The notes under the pieces: generated by a model
The model's input: only the letters and a program-made list of their open reading frames with translations
The model's database searches: none
Told to the model about the DNA's origin: nothing
Assembly: GCA_036504255.1 (NCBI GenBank)
Contig: DASXVL010000178.1
Coordinates: 1 to 41,928, forward strand
Reading direction: 5' to 3'
Origin: Armatimonadota bacterium
GTDB lineage: Bacteria; Armatimonadota; Hebobacteria; CAIYQO01
DNA length: 41,928 nucleotides
In this document: in pieces, positions 7,627 to 16,054 of the stretch
Layout: the number at the start of each line of letters is the position of its first letter
Numbering within the stretch: position 1 is the first letter of the stretch
Made by a program: the position numbers and the translations under genes

Positions 7627-9795
7627 ATGTTGACCCCTAGTGAGCAGCTGCTCCAACGGCGAGAGGACGCGCAGACGCGTTTACGCGCAGAGCGTGAAGG
7701 CATTCGCCTGCAGATCTCCGTCGGTATGGCGACCTGTGGCATCTCCGCGGGTGGCGACGCTGTGTGGCAAGCCCTGGAAGAAGCGATCGCCGAATCAGGC
7801 GCCACCGATGTCGCCATCAAACGTGTCGGCTGTATCGGACAATGCCATGACGAGCCGCTGGTGGAAGTCGCGACGCCGGGGGGAGTTCCCTTTTTATATG
7901 GCAACGTGACGCCGAAAATCGCGCGGGATATTTTGCAGCATCACCTCCATGGCCAGCCCCCCCTCGATGCGTACCTGATCGACAGCGCTACGCATCCCCA
8001 CCTGCAACTGTGCGCCAACCTGACCAGCACGGCAACGGCTCGTCAAACGCTGCTGGATAGCCTGACCACGGCGCTGGCCGAAGTGGGGCTGACTGGCACT
8101 GTGACGCTTTCCACGCTGGGAACCACTGAAGCGCCACTATCCGATCCGCTCCTCTACGTGCATCCGGGCGATACCGTCTATCGGCTGTCGTCCCCCGCTG
8201 ATGCGCGGCGTATCGTCGTGGAGCACCTCGCGCAGGGCATGCCGGTCGCGGCGCTCATGGTCGATCCAGCACAGCGACCAGCCTTCGTGTACACGCAGGA
8301 CGTACCCACCGTCGTCCAGCGCCAGATGCGTATCGCCAGCCGCCACTGCGGCATTATTGACCCCGAATCGGTGACGGAAGCGCTGGCGGTCGGCGAATAC
8401 CAAGCGCTGGCCACTGCGCTCACCACCTCGACACCTGAGCAAGTCATGCAAACGGTGATCGACAGCGGGCTGCGCGGACGCGGGGGTGGTGGGTACCCGA
8501 CCGGAATCAAATGGCGGGATACGCGCACTTCAGCGGGTCAGCAGAAATACATCATCTGTAACGCCGACGAAGGCGACCCGGGCGCGTTTATGGACCGCAA
8601 CCTGCTCGAAGGTGATCCCCACGCGATCATCGAGGGGATGCAACTGGCAGGTTACGCCATCGGCGCCTCACAGGGCTTTGTCTACGTGCGTGCGGAATAC
8701 CCACTCGCCGTCACACGCCTGACACGCGCCATTGAGCAGGCGCGCGCACTCAACCTACTGGGCTCACAGATTTTGGGCAGTGACTTCAACTTCGATATCA
8801 GTTTGCGCCTCGGCGCCGGCGCGTTTGTCTGCGGCGAGGAAACGGCGCTCATTCACTCTATCGAAGGCGAACGCGGCATGCCGCGACCCCGTCCCCCCTA
8901 CCCCTCGCAACGTGGACTCTGGGATTGTCCCACCTGCATCAATAACGTTGAAACGCTGGCGGGTGTCGCCCCCGTCGTCCTCGGCGGCGCGCCGTGGTAT
9001 GCGGGGATCGGGACCAAGTCGAGTAAAGGCACCAAAGTCTTCGCCCTTGCCGGCAAAGTCGCGCGCACCGGGCTCGTCGAAGTGCCGATGGGTATCACCC
9101 TGCGCGACACGATCTTCACCGTCGGTGGCGGCATACGCGGTGGTAAACGTTTTAAAGCCGTGCAGATCGGCGGTCCGTCGGGTGGCTGTCTGCCGGAAGC
9201 GCTGCTCGACACGGAAGTCGATTACGAGTCGTTAGTTGGCGCAGGCGTCATCATGGGCTCCGGCGGCATGATCGTGCTGGACGAAGAAGATTGCATGGTG
9301 GATGTGGCGCGCTTCTTCCTGCAATTCACGCAGGATGAATCCTGTGGAAAATGCACGCCGTGTCGCGAAGGCACCAAGCGCATGCTGGAGATTCTGACGC
9401 GTATCACCAGCGGGCAGGGTACGCTGGATGATCTGGATCTCCTCACCCGCCTGGGGCACACCATTCAGCGCGCCAGTCTGTGCGGTCTCGGGCAGACCGC
9501 GCCAAATCCGGTGCTCTCCACGCTGCGCCATTTCCGGCAAGAGTATTTGGAGCACATCGAGAACCATTTCTGCGCCGCCGGCGTCTGCCGCGCCCTGGTG
9601 GGTTACCATGTCATCCCCGAGAAATGCATCGGCTGCGGCGCCTGCCGCCGCGCCTGCCCCGTCGCCTGTATCGCCGGGGAACCACGCCAAACCCATGCCA
9701 TCGACCAATCGCGCTGCATCAAATGCGGGGCCTGTTTCCGTGCCTGTCGTTTTAACGCGGTACATCGCGGCTCGACCGGGGGAGATAATCAATGA
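7627..9795 (+). CDS. hydB: NuoF-like flavoprotein subunit of an NAD(P)H-linked/bifurcating-type [FeFe]-hydrogenase (HydB-like)
   Basis: N-terminal thioredoxin-like Fe-S domain (MATCGISAGG...VGCIGQCHDEP). FMN/NADH motifs GLRGRGGGGYPTGIKW and ICNADEGDPGAFMDR. N3 cluster ESCGKCTPCREG. C-terminal 2x[4Fe-4S] motifs CIGCGACRRACP and CIKCGACFRAC. Confidence 0.85.
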   Translation: MLTPSEQLLQRREDAQTRLRAEREGIRLQISVGMATCGISAGGDAVWQALEEAIAESGATDVAIKRVGCIGQCHDEPLVEVATPGGVPFLYGNVTPKIARDILQHHLHGQPPLDAYLIDSATHPHLQLCANLTSTATARQTLLDSLTTALAEVGLTGTVTLSTLGTTEAPLSDPLLYVHPGDTVYRLSSPADARRIVVEHLAQGMPVAALMVDPAQRPAFVYTQDVPTVVQRQMRIASRHCGIIDPESVTEALAVGEYQALATALTTSTPEQVMQTVIDSGLRGRGGGGYPTGIKWRDTRTSAGQQKYIICNADEGDPGAFMDRNLLEGDPHAIIEGMQLAGYAIGASQGFVYVRAEYPLAVTRLTRAIEQARALNLLGSQILGSDFNFDISLRLGAGAFVCGEETALIHSIEGERGMPRPRPPYPSQRGLWDCPTCINNVETLAGVAPVVLGGAPWYAGIGTKSSKGTKVFALAGKVARTGLVEVPMGITLRDTIFTVGGGIRGGKRFKAVQIGGPSGGCLPEALLDTEVDYESLVGAGVIMGSGGMIVLDEEDCMVDVARFFLQFTQDESCGKCTPCREGTKRMLEILTRITSGQGTLDDLDLLTRLGHTIQRASLCGLGQTAPNPVLSTLRHFRQEYLEHIENHFCAAGVCRALVGYHVIPEKCIGCGACRRACPVACIAGEPRQTHAIDQSRCIKCGACFRACRFNAVHRGSTGGDNQ

Positions 9796-12107
9796 GTACT
9801 ATGGTCACCCTAACGATTGACGAACGCCAGGTGCAGGCGCCCGCCGGGACCAGCATCATGACTGCCGCAGAGCAACTCGGCATCCGTATTCCGCGCCTGT
9901 GTTTTCACCCGCAGTTGAGCATCGATGGCGCGTGCCGCATCTGCGTCGTGGAAGTAGAGGGCATGCGCAAACTGGTGACGTCCTGCTCCTACCCGGTCGC
10001 GGAAGGCATGACGGTGCGCACGACGACGCCGGAGATTCGCCAGATTCGCCGCGATATCTGTGAACTCTTGTTGGATAACCATCCGGAAGACTGCCAGACC
10101 TGTGAGCGTGACGGCAATTGCGAATTGCAACGGCTGGCGTATAGCCTCGGGGTGCGCGAACGCCTCTTCTCCGGCGAGAAGAAGCATTTCGTCGACGACC
10201 ATAGCTCTCCCGCCGTCATCCGTAATCCGGACAAATGCATCCTCTGCCACCGCTGTGTGCGCGTCTGTGCGGAAATCCAAGGCGTCACCGCGCTCGGGGT
10301 GGCGCATCGCGGCTTCCGCAGCAATGTCGTCCCGGCGCACGAAAAAGGATTTGGCGAGAGCGTCTGTACCGGGTGCGGCCAATGCATCAACGTCTGCCCG
10401 ACCGCCGCCTTCCTGGAGCATAACCGCACCGAGGAAGTGTGGACAGCGCTCGCCGACCCGACCGTGCATACTGTCGTCCATTTCGCGCCCTCCGTGCGCG
10501 CGGCCATCGGCGAAGGCTGGGGGTTGCCCCCCGGGACCAACCTGGAAGGCCAAATCGTCACGGCCCTTCGCCTTCTCGGCTTTGACCGGGTGTTCGATAC
10601 GCAATTCGGCGCTGACGTCACCACGGTGGAGGAAGCCAGCGAATTATTACTCCGCCTGCAGGAGAAGCGCGCGGATAAGCCCTTGCCGATGCTCACCTCC
10701 TGCTCGGCGGCGTGGCAAAAATTTATTGAGCAGTTCTATCCCGAGCAACTGGCCCACCTCACCAGCACGAAGTCCCCGATGAGCATCGTCAGCAAGCTGG
10801 TGCGCACCTATTACGCGGAGAAGATGGGCTGGGACCCGGCGAGCATCTTTGTCGTCACCGCTATGTGCTGCACGGCGAAGAAGTGGGAAGCCGCACGCCC
10901 GCAATTGAGCACCAACGGGCGTCAGGATACCGACGTGGTGATTACCACGCGCGAACTGGTCTGGATGTGCAAAGCCACCGGGATCAATTTACCGGCGCTC
11001 GCCCCGGAAATGCCCGACGCGTTACTCGGTGAATCGACCGGCGCGGGGGCGATCTACGGCGCCACCGGCGGCGTGATGGAATCCGCCTTACGCACCGCCT
11101 ATGCGCTCAAGTTCGGTGTGCCCCCGCCTGGCATCGAATTCCAGAGCGTGCGCGGTATGGAATGGCTGCGGGAAGCCGCCATCGACTTTGGCGGCCAACC
11201 GCTGCGTATCGCCATCGCCAATGGCCTGGGCGCGGCGCACACGCTGATGACGCAGGTGGCGGATGGTACCAGCCCCTACGACTATATTGAAATTATGGGC
11301 TGTCCGGGCGGCTGTATCGGCGGAGGCGGGCAGCCCTATGCCGGGGCAAATAGCGTGCCGCTCGACCGTGAACTGCTGCGCAAGCGCGCCGAGGTGCTCT
11401 ACGGCATCGACCGCCACCGCGAAATACGCCTCGCCCACGAGAACCCGAGCGTCAAGCGTTTATATGCCGAATATGTCGGCGAGCCGTTGGGCGAGAAAGC
11501 ACACGCGCTTTTCCATACCCACTTCGCGCCGGCCGAACCGCGCGGTATTCTGCCGCCAGCATTGCACGCCACCCCCATACCGATGCCTCCGCGCGAGACG
11601 GGCTGTACTGGGGAGATCTGTCATGAGCGCTGGGACAAACTCATCGCGGCCGTCGAAGAACATCGCAATCCCGACCATCCGGAAGCGGCGCTCATCCCTG
11701 TGCTGCATGCCGCACAAACGCTCTTTGGTTACTTACCGCAGCATGTACTCGACTTTGTCGCCTACCGCGTCGGGGTGCCCGCCGCGACGGTCTACGGCGT
11801 CGCGACCTTCTATCATCATTTCGACTTGACCGCGCAGGGCAGCTACCGTATCGCCGTGTGCGTCGGCACCGCCTGTTATATCAACGGCGGCGCCAGAATA
11901 CTCGCCGCATTGGAACAAGAGTTAGGCATCGCCTCGGGGAGCACGACAGCCGATGGGCTCTTCTCGCTCTCCGAAGCGCATTGCATCGGTGCGTGCAGCC
12001 TGGCGCCGGCCGTACTCATTAACGGTGCGGTGCACGGTGAAATGACACCGGAACGCGCCGTGCATTTGGTCACGACGCTACGCATGGAGCATGCCGAACA
12101 CGGCTAA
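9792..12107 (+). CDS. hydA: [FeFe]-hydrogenase catalytic subunit (HydA-like) with a C-terminal fused NuoE/HydC-type [2Fe-2S] domain
   Basis: 2Fe-2S CFHPQLSIDGACRIC. HPEDCQTCERDGNCELQ. Two 4Fe-4S motifs (CILCHRCVRVC, CTGCGQCINVCP). H-domain elements FDTQFGADVTTVEE, TSCSAAW, MCCTAKKWE and EIMGCPGGCIGGGGQP. The C-terminus carries CVGTAC...CIGAC (NuoE pattern). ATGA start/stop overlap with hydB. Confidence 0.85.
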   Translation: MSTMVTLTIDERQVQAPAGTSIMTAAEQLGIRIPRLCFHPQLSIDGACRICVVEVEGMRKLVTSCSYPVAEGMTVRTTTPEIRQIRRDICELLLDNHPEDCQTCERDGNCELQRLAYSLGVRERLFSGEKKHFVDDHSSPAVIRNPDKCILCHRCVRVCAEIQGVTALGVAHRGFRSNVVPAHEKGFGESVCTGCGQCINVCPTAAFLEHNRTEEVWTALADPTVHTVVHFAPSVRAAIGEGWGLPPGTNLEGQIVTALRLLGFDRVFDTQFGADVTTVEEASELLLRLQEKRADKPLPMLTSCSAAWQKFIEQFYPEQLAHLTSTKSPMSIVSKLVRTYYAEKMGWDPASIFVVTAMCCTAKKWEAARPQLSTNGRQDTDVVITTRELVWMCKATGINLPALAPEMPDALLGESTGAGAIYGATGGVMESALRTAYALKFGVPPPGIEFQSVRGMEWLREAAIDFGGQPLRIAIANGLGAAHTLMTQVADGTSPYDYIEIMGCPGGCIGGGGQPYAGANSVPLDRELLRKRAEVLYGIDRHREIRLAHENPSVKRLYAEYVGEPLGEKAHALFHTHFAPAEPRGILPPALHATPIPMPPRETGCTGEICHERWDKLIAAVEEHRNPDHPEAALIPVLHAAQTLFGYLPQHVLDFVAYRVGVPAATVYGVATFYHHFDLTAQGSYRIAVCVGTACYINGGARILAALEQELGIASGSTTADGLFSLSEAHCIGACSLAPAVLINGAVHGEMTPERAVHLVTTLRMEHAEHG

Positions 12108-12220
12108 CACCGAAAACACAAGCTGACAGATGGTAAGCTGTGCGCTATGCGCGCAGATCAATACAAGGCGCGGCACGGTTTTGCCGTATGATAATTTGCT
12201 TACCGCTTGGGTATACCATA

Positions 12221-12264
12221 CACGACGGCCGATAATAGCCGCCGTTGTGGTATTTTCGTATTTT
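12221..12264 (+). terminator. candidate intrinsic terminator after the hydrogenase genes
   Basis: Imperfect stem CACGACGGC..GCCGCCGTTG followed by the T-rich run GTATTTTCGTATTTTCC. Confidence 0.35.
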
Positions 12265-12325
12265 CCCATCGTCGGGCACAGTGTCCCCACCGGCTGTGCC
12301 CGCTGTCAAACTCATCGTAGGTACT

Positions 12326-14098
12326 ATGGCTATCGAGGATTTTTCTGCCTATCACGCGTATGCGGATGATTTATTGGCAACGTGTGATGAAGAGCAAACC
12401 ATCACACCGGGCGAAATGCGGCTGGCGATTTCGGCAGTGGAAGCCTTTGTCAAGGCCGTCAAGGCATATCGGTACTACCCACCCGAGTATCCCATGCTGG
12501 AGGAATTTCAACAGGAATTACTGACCACGCTCCAGGCCTATGTGGAACAACACACGATTTTATCCTTGACCATCACGGAAACGGCCTTTGCCCTGAAAGG
12601 CCGCCAGCTCTACGCCACGGAAGATCTCAAGAGCAGTGTGCCGTTCCTGTTCTACCGCGATGGTGTGCGGGAAATCTCCCTCTTCGAAGGCATCGAGGAA
12701 GGAGAAGTCCGCGATCTCATACAAATCCTCGTGCAGTGCGACCATACCGATAAGGCTGAGGATGACCTGGTCACACTGCTCTGGGAGAAGGAATTCGTGC
12801 ATCTCGATTACCTGGCCGTCGACGACTTCCTCGGCCAGGGTCCGGTCTTCATTCCAGAGACCGCCGAGGAATTCCGCCAGCATCTCGATCCCCGTCCGGT
12901 GGCCCATCACGAAGACGATGCGCTGTTCGACCGGCTCGGCGCACTCACCCACGAGAGCCCCTCCGAGTCGATCACCGATAAATTTGCCACCGAAATCGAC
13001 CTCTTTACGCTGTCCCCCACGGAAATGCGTGCCCTGCAAGAGGAGATCGATCATGATTGCGGTCCCTTCGGCGCTGCGCGCTACATCCCGCTGCTCTGCA
13101 ACCTGTTGACCACCGAGCAAGACCCTGCGCTGTTTCAACGGGAAATCGATGCGCTGCACGAGATTTTCGAGATGCTCTTGCCCCTGGGTGAATATCGCCG
13201 CGCCGCCGATCTGCTCACGCGTGTCCGCACGACGCTCGCATTATTTCCGCCGACGACGTGGCAGCATGCGCCGCTCAAAGCGCTGCTCCAACACGCGGTG
13301 CAGGGGCGTTGGTTGCCAGAGATTACCGCACGACTCCAACATCGCGAGCAGGGGCAGCACCTTGCGGATATCAAGGAGTTTCTGCTCCGACTCCCGAAAA
13401 CAGCGGTCGAACCGCTCATCCGCCTACTCGGCGATGTGTCTGACTACAAAACACGCGCCATGCTCTGTGAAGTACTCAGCGTTGTTGGCGCACAGGCGAC
13501 ACCGGTAATCGCGCCGTTTCTGTCCGACCCTCGCCCCACCCTCGTACAAGATCTGCTGAAAGTGTTGCGCCAGCTTAACCCGGAATCAGCCCTCCCGCTC
13601 TTTGCACGCGCCTGGCAGCACCGCGACGCCCAGGTGCGCAAAGCGGTCCTGAAAGCGGTGAGCGGCGTCGCCGGCGAGTACGCGGAACGCATACTCAGCA
13701 AAGGGCTGAGCGATCCGGATGAAAGTCTCCGCTGTCAGACCGCCATCTTCCTCGGCGGGCGGCAGACGGAGACCGCCTTGGCCACGCTGCTGCGCGTCGT
13801 ACATGCGAAAGGCTTTGATGCCCGCTCTCCGGCAGAGGTGCAGGCGTTTCTGGAAGGCTTGGGCGCGTCCCGCTCGCATCTCGCGCTGGACATTCTTGAG
13901 AGCCTCCTTGCCAGCCGTCCGTGGTTTGCCCGGCGCAAGGCCGATGAGATACGTCATCACGCGGCGCGCGCGCTGGGCATCGCCGGCACCCCGGAAGCGC
14001 TGGAGATGCTGCAAAAATACAGCACGGCGAAAGATGAGGCGATTCGCCGCGCATGTGTCCTGGCGCTGAAACTGGCATCACGGGGAGAACGCAAATGA
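12326..14098 (+). CDS. HEAT-repeat protein with an N-terminal module resembling that of the downstream HD-GYP protein
   Basis: C-terminal HEAT/PBS-lyase-like repeats (PFLSDPRPTLVQDLLKVL, RDAQVRKAVLKAV, LSDPDESLRCQTAIFLGG, EIRHHAARALGIAG, KDEAIRRACVLAL). I start it at the first ATG (12326, MAIEDF) rather than the TTG at 12245. Confidence 0.7.
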   Translation: MAIEDFSAYHAYADDLLATCDEEQTITPGEMRLAISAVEAFVKAVKAYRYYPPEYPMLEEFQQELLTTLQAYVEQHTILSLTITETAFALKGRQLYATEDLKSSVPFLFYRDGVREISLFEGIEEGEVRDLIQILVQCDHTDKAEDDLVTLLWEKEFVHLDYLAVDDFLGQGPVFIPETAEEFRQHLDPRPVAHHEDDALFDRLGALTHESPSESITDKFATEIDLFTLSPTEMRALQEEIDHDCGPFGAARYIPLLCNLLTTEQDPALFQREIDALHEIFEMLLPLGEYRRAADLLTRVRTTLALFPPTTWQHAPLKALLQHAVQGRWLPEITARLQHREQGQHLADIKEFLLRLPKTAVEPLIRLLGDVSDYKTRAMLCEVLSVVGAQATPVIAPFLSDPRPTLVQDLLKVLRQLNPESALPLFARAWQHRDAQVRKAVLKAVSGVAGEYAERILSKGLSDPDESLRCQTAIFLGGRQTETALATLLRVVHAKGFDARSPAEVQAFLEGLGASRSHLALDILESLLASRPWFARRKADEIRHHAARALGIAGTPEALEMLQKYSTAKDEAIRRACVLALKLASRGERK

Positions 14099-15561
14099 AC
14101 GCCTATGATGACCCACAGGTCGATAGCAATGAGCTGTTGCGACGCCATCAGCAACTGCCACGGCATTTCGGCCAAGCGTTCGTCGTCGTCTTTTACCGGG
14201 CCTATAAAGGCGCGGCCTTTTATGACCGCCAAAACGCGACCTTGCGCAGCCTCATCCGCGAGCTGCATTGGACGATCCACTCCATGCTCACGGCGTCCGA
14301 TCAGTTGGAAATCAAAATCATCCGTGACGCCTGCTTTTGCAATACCGCCATCATCCGTGCCGTTGCCGAACATTTCTCCAGTTATACCGGCTTCGTGCAG
14401 GCCTTGCGCCAGCGCGAAATCGGTGAATTGCATTTCAGCCCGAGTGTGACGGAGGAAGACCTCACTGCATTCATCTTCTTGCTGCGCGAGTTATCCGCTG
14501 TTCAAGATGATCCGTGCGAGTACTTAGCAGCGCAGTTGTTGCAACGTGGGCTCGTCTCGATAGAAGTCGGAAAGCTTGACATCGGCGAAGAACGGATGGG
14601 GACAGCGAATCCCGCGGATGTGAAGCGGCAGGCGAAATCCGTCTACTTCTCCAGCCTGGGCGTGACCAAAGAGCTCATGGAGGGTACGAAAGACCAAACG
14701 CTCAGCCTGCGGAAAGCCAAACGGCTCATGTTCAGCGCGGTTGACCTCATCACGCGCGATGAATCAGCCTTATTGGGGCTCACCTCCATCAAAAGCTATG
14801 ATGACTATACCTTCACCCATTGCGTCAATGTGGCGTTGTATGCCATCGCCATGGGAAACCGGCTACGCCTCTCCAAACGCAATCTTAGTTACCTGGGCAT
14901 CGCCGGACTCTTCCATGATCTGGGTAAAACGCTCATTTCACACGAGATTCTGGATAAACCCGGTGCGCTGACGCCGGAAGAGTGGGATGTCATCCGCACC
15001 CACCCGGCCAGCGGCGCCCGCCTCATTCTGCAGATGAAAGGATGGGGGCCGCTGGCGTCGCGCATGTTGGCGGCGAGTTTTGAGCACCATATCAAATATG
15101 ACCTCACCGGCTACCCGGCCATCGCCTATGATGAAAAGCCAAGCCTCTTCAGCCGTATCATCACCATCGCGGATGTGTATGATGCGCTGGCGCGCCCACG
15201 CGTTTACCGCAAAACTGCCTTTGTCACCGAGAAAATCCTCGCCGTGTTGCGTAAGGATAGCGGCACGCATTTCGACCCCACGTTGGTCAAAGTCTTCATC
15301 AATATGGTCGGCATCTATCCGCTCGGCGCCCTGGTACAACTCAACACCGGCGTGTTAGCCGTCGTGACGAAAATATCGCCAGAGCCGGATATGCTGCTAC
15401 ACCCGCAGATCTGTCTATTGGAGCATGAGGGGGAGACATACCGGAAGGGGATAGCGGTGGATCTGTCCGAGCGCGACACCACCGGACACTTCCCCCATAG
15501 CATCGCCCGCACCTTAGACCCCAACGACTACGGCATCAACCTGGAAGAACTTGCGCTGTAG
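14095..15561 (+). CDS. stand-alone HD-GYP domain protein (putative c-di-GMP phosphodiesterase) with no receiver domain
   Basis: HCVNVALYAIAMG, GLFHDLGKTLISHEILDKPGALTPEEW and HHIKYDLTGYPAI. The ATG at 14095 overlaps the upstream stop (ATGA at 14095-14098). Confidence 0.85.
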   Translation: MNAYDDPQVDSNELLRRHQQLPRHFGQAFVVVFYRAYKGAAFYDRQNATLRSLIRELHWTIHSMLTASDQLEIKIIRDACFCNTAIIRAVAEHFSSYTGFVQALRQREIGELHFSPSVTEEDLTAFIFLLRELSAVQDDPCEYLAAQLLQRGLVSIEVGKLDIGEERMGTANPADVKRQAKSVYFSSLGVTKELMEGTKDQTLSLRKAKRLMFSAVDLITRDESALLGLTSIKSYDDYTFTHCVNVALYAIAMGNRLRLSKRNLSYLGIAGLFHDLGKTLISHEILDKPGALTPEEWDVIRTHPASGARLILQMKGWGPLASRMLAASFEHHIKYDLTGYPAIAYDEKPSLFSRIITIADVYDALARPRVYRKTAFVTEKILAVLRKDSGTHFDPTLVKVFINMVGIYPLGALVQLNTGVLAVVTKISPEPDMLLHPQICLLEHEGETYRKGIAVDLSERDTTGHFPHSIARTLDPNDYGINLEELAL

Positions 15562-15656
15562 TCCCGCCCTGGTATATGTCCTGTGTGCGCCGGTTGCGCT
15601 ATGGAAGAAAACCGGACAGCTCTGCAGAGGCGATGAGGCGACAGCACTGTTTGGAA

Positions 15657-15728
15657 GGGTTCGAGCCACGCGAGACCCGCCGTTCCTTGCCATCCATCGG
15701 GAGAGCGGGTCTCGCTGTGCTCGAACCC
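15657..15728. other. long near-perfect inverted repeat (10 bp + 3x3 internal loop + 11 bp stem, 24-nt loop) in a 493-nt convergent intergenic gap
   Basis: GGGTTCGAGCCACGCGAGACCCGC (15657-15680) pairs with GCGGGTCTCGCTGTGCTCGAACCC (15705-15728). Further stems lie at 15744-15769, 15783-15810 and 15854-15885. Confidence 0.6.
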
Positions 15729-16054
15729 TCGTATACTATTTCTGTCAGTCCCCTGCTGATGGGATTGACATGTTATCGGATTCCTGGCGAAATAGCTACT
15801 GTGCTATCAGGGACGTGACTGGTGACCCTCCAAACGGTGCTAAGGACTTGTGGCTGGGCTGGTGGTCAGTCTCGGATCAGCCCAGGAATCCTGTCTAACA
15901 GTGTTCTCTTATGAGCCGATGCAGGGCCACGGGCCCGGAAGCGCGATGGGGTTAGTGTCGTGCGCACACCTGTACACGACGCAGCACCACGCCGCGATGA
16001 GAGCGGGTCGTGACACCGCACTCGTAACACGCCAGGTTTTGCGCCGCAGCGCGC

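Noticed and set aside
9810-10696. 264-aa and 235-aa minus-strand ORFs, plus a 240-aa plus-strand out-of-frame ORF, inside hydA.
   Set aside because: The hydA frame carries unmistakable Fe-S and H-cluster motifs. The alternative frames are Arg/Ala/Pro-rich shadows.
15657-15672. GGGTTCGAGCC, which resembles a tRNA/tmRNA T-arm.
   Set aside because: The flanks do not form a 5-bp T stem. There is no acceptor, anticodon or D arm and no CCA. The motif is simply one arm of the 24-nt inverted repeat.
15783-15835. Possible c-di-GMP (GEMM-I-like) riboswitch: a GAAA loop and a GGGACG string next to HD-GYP genes.
   Set aside because: It bears only a superficial resemblance. The conserved ACGCAAAGC core and the second hairpin/receptor are absent. 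There is also no downstream gene to regulate, because both neighbours converge on the gap.
15829-15841. 13-mer TCCAAACGGTGCT, also present at 38757-38769.
   Set aside because: A handful of 13-nt identities are expected by chance in a 42-kb window (about 42k squared over 2 position pairs, against 4^13 possible 13-mers). The flanks do not extend the match.
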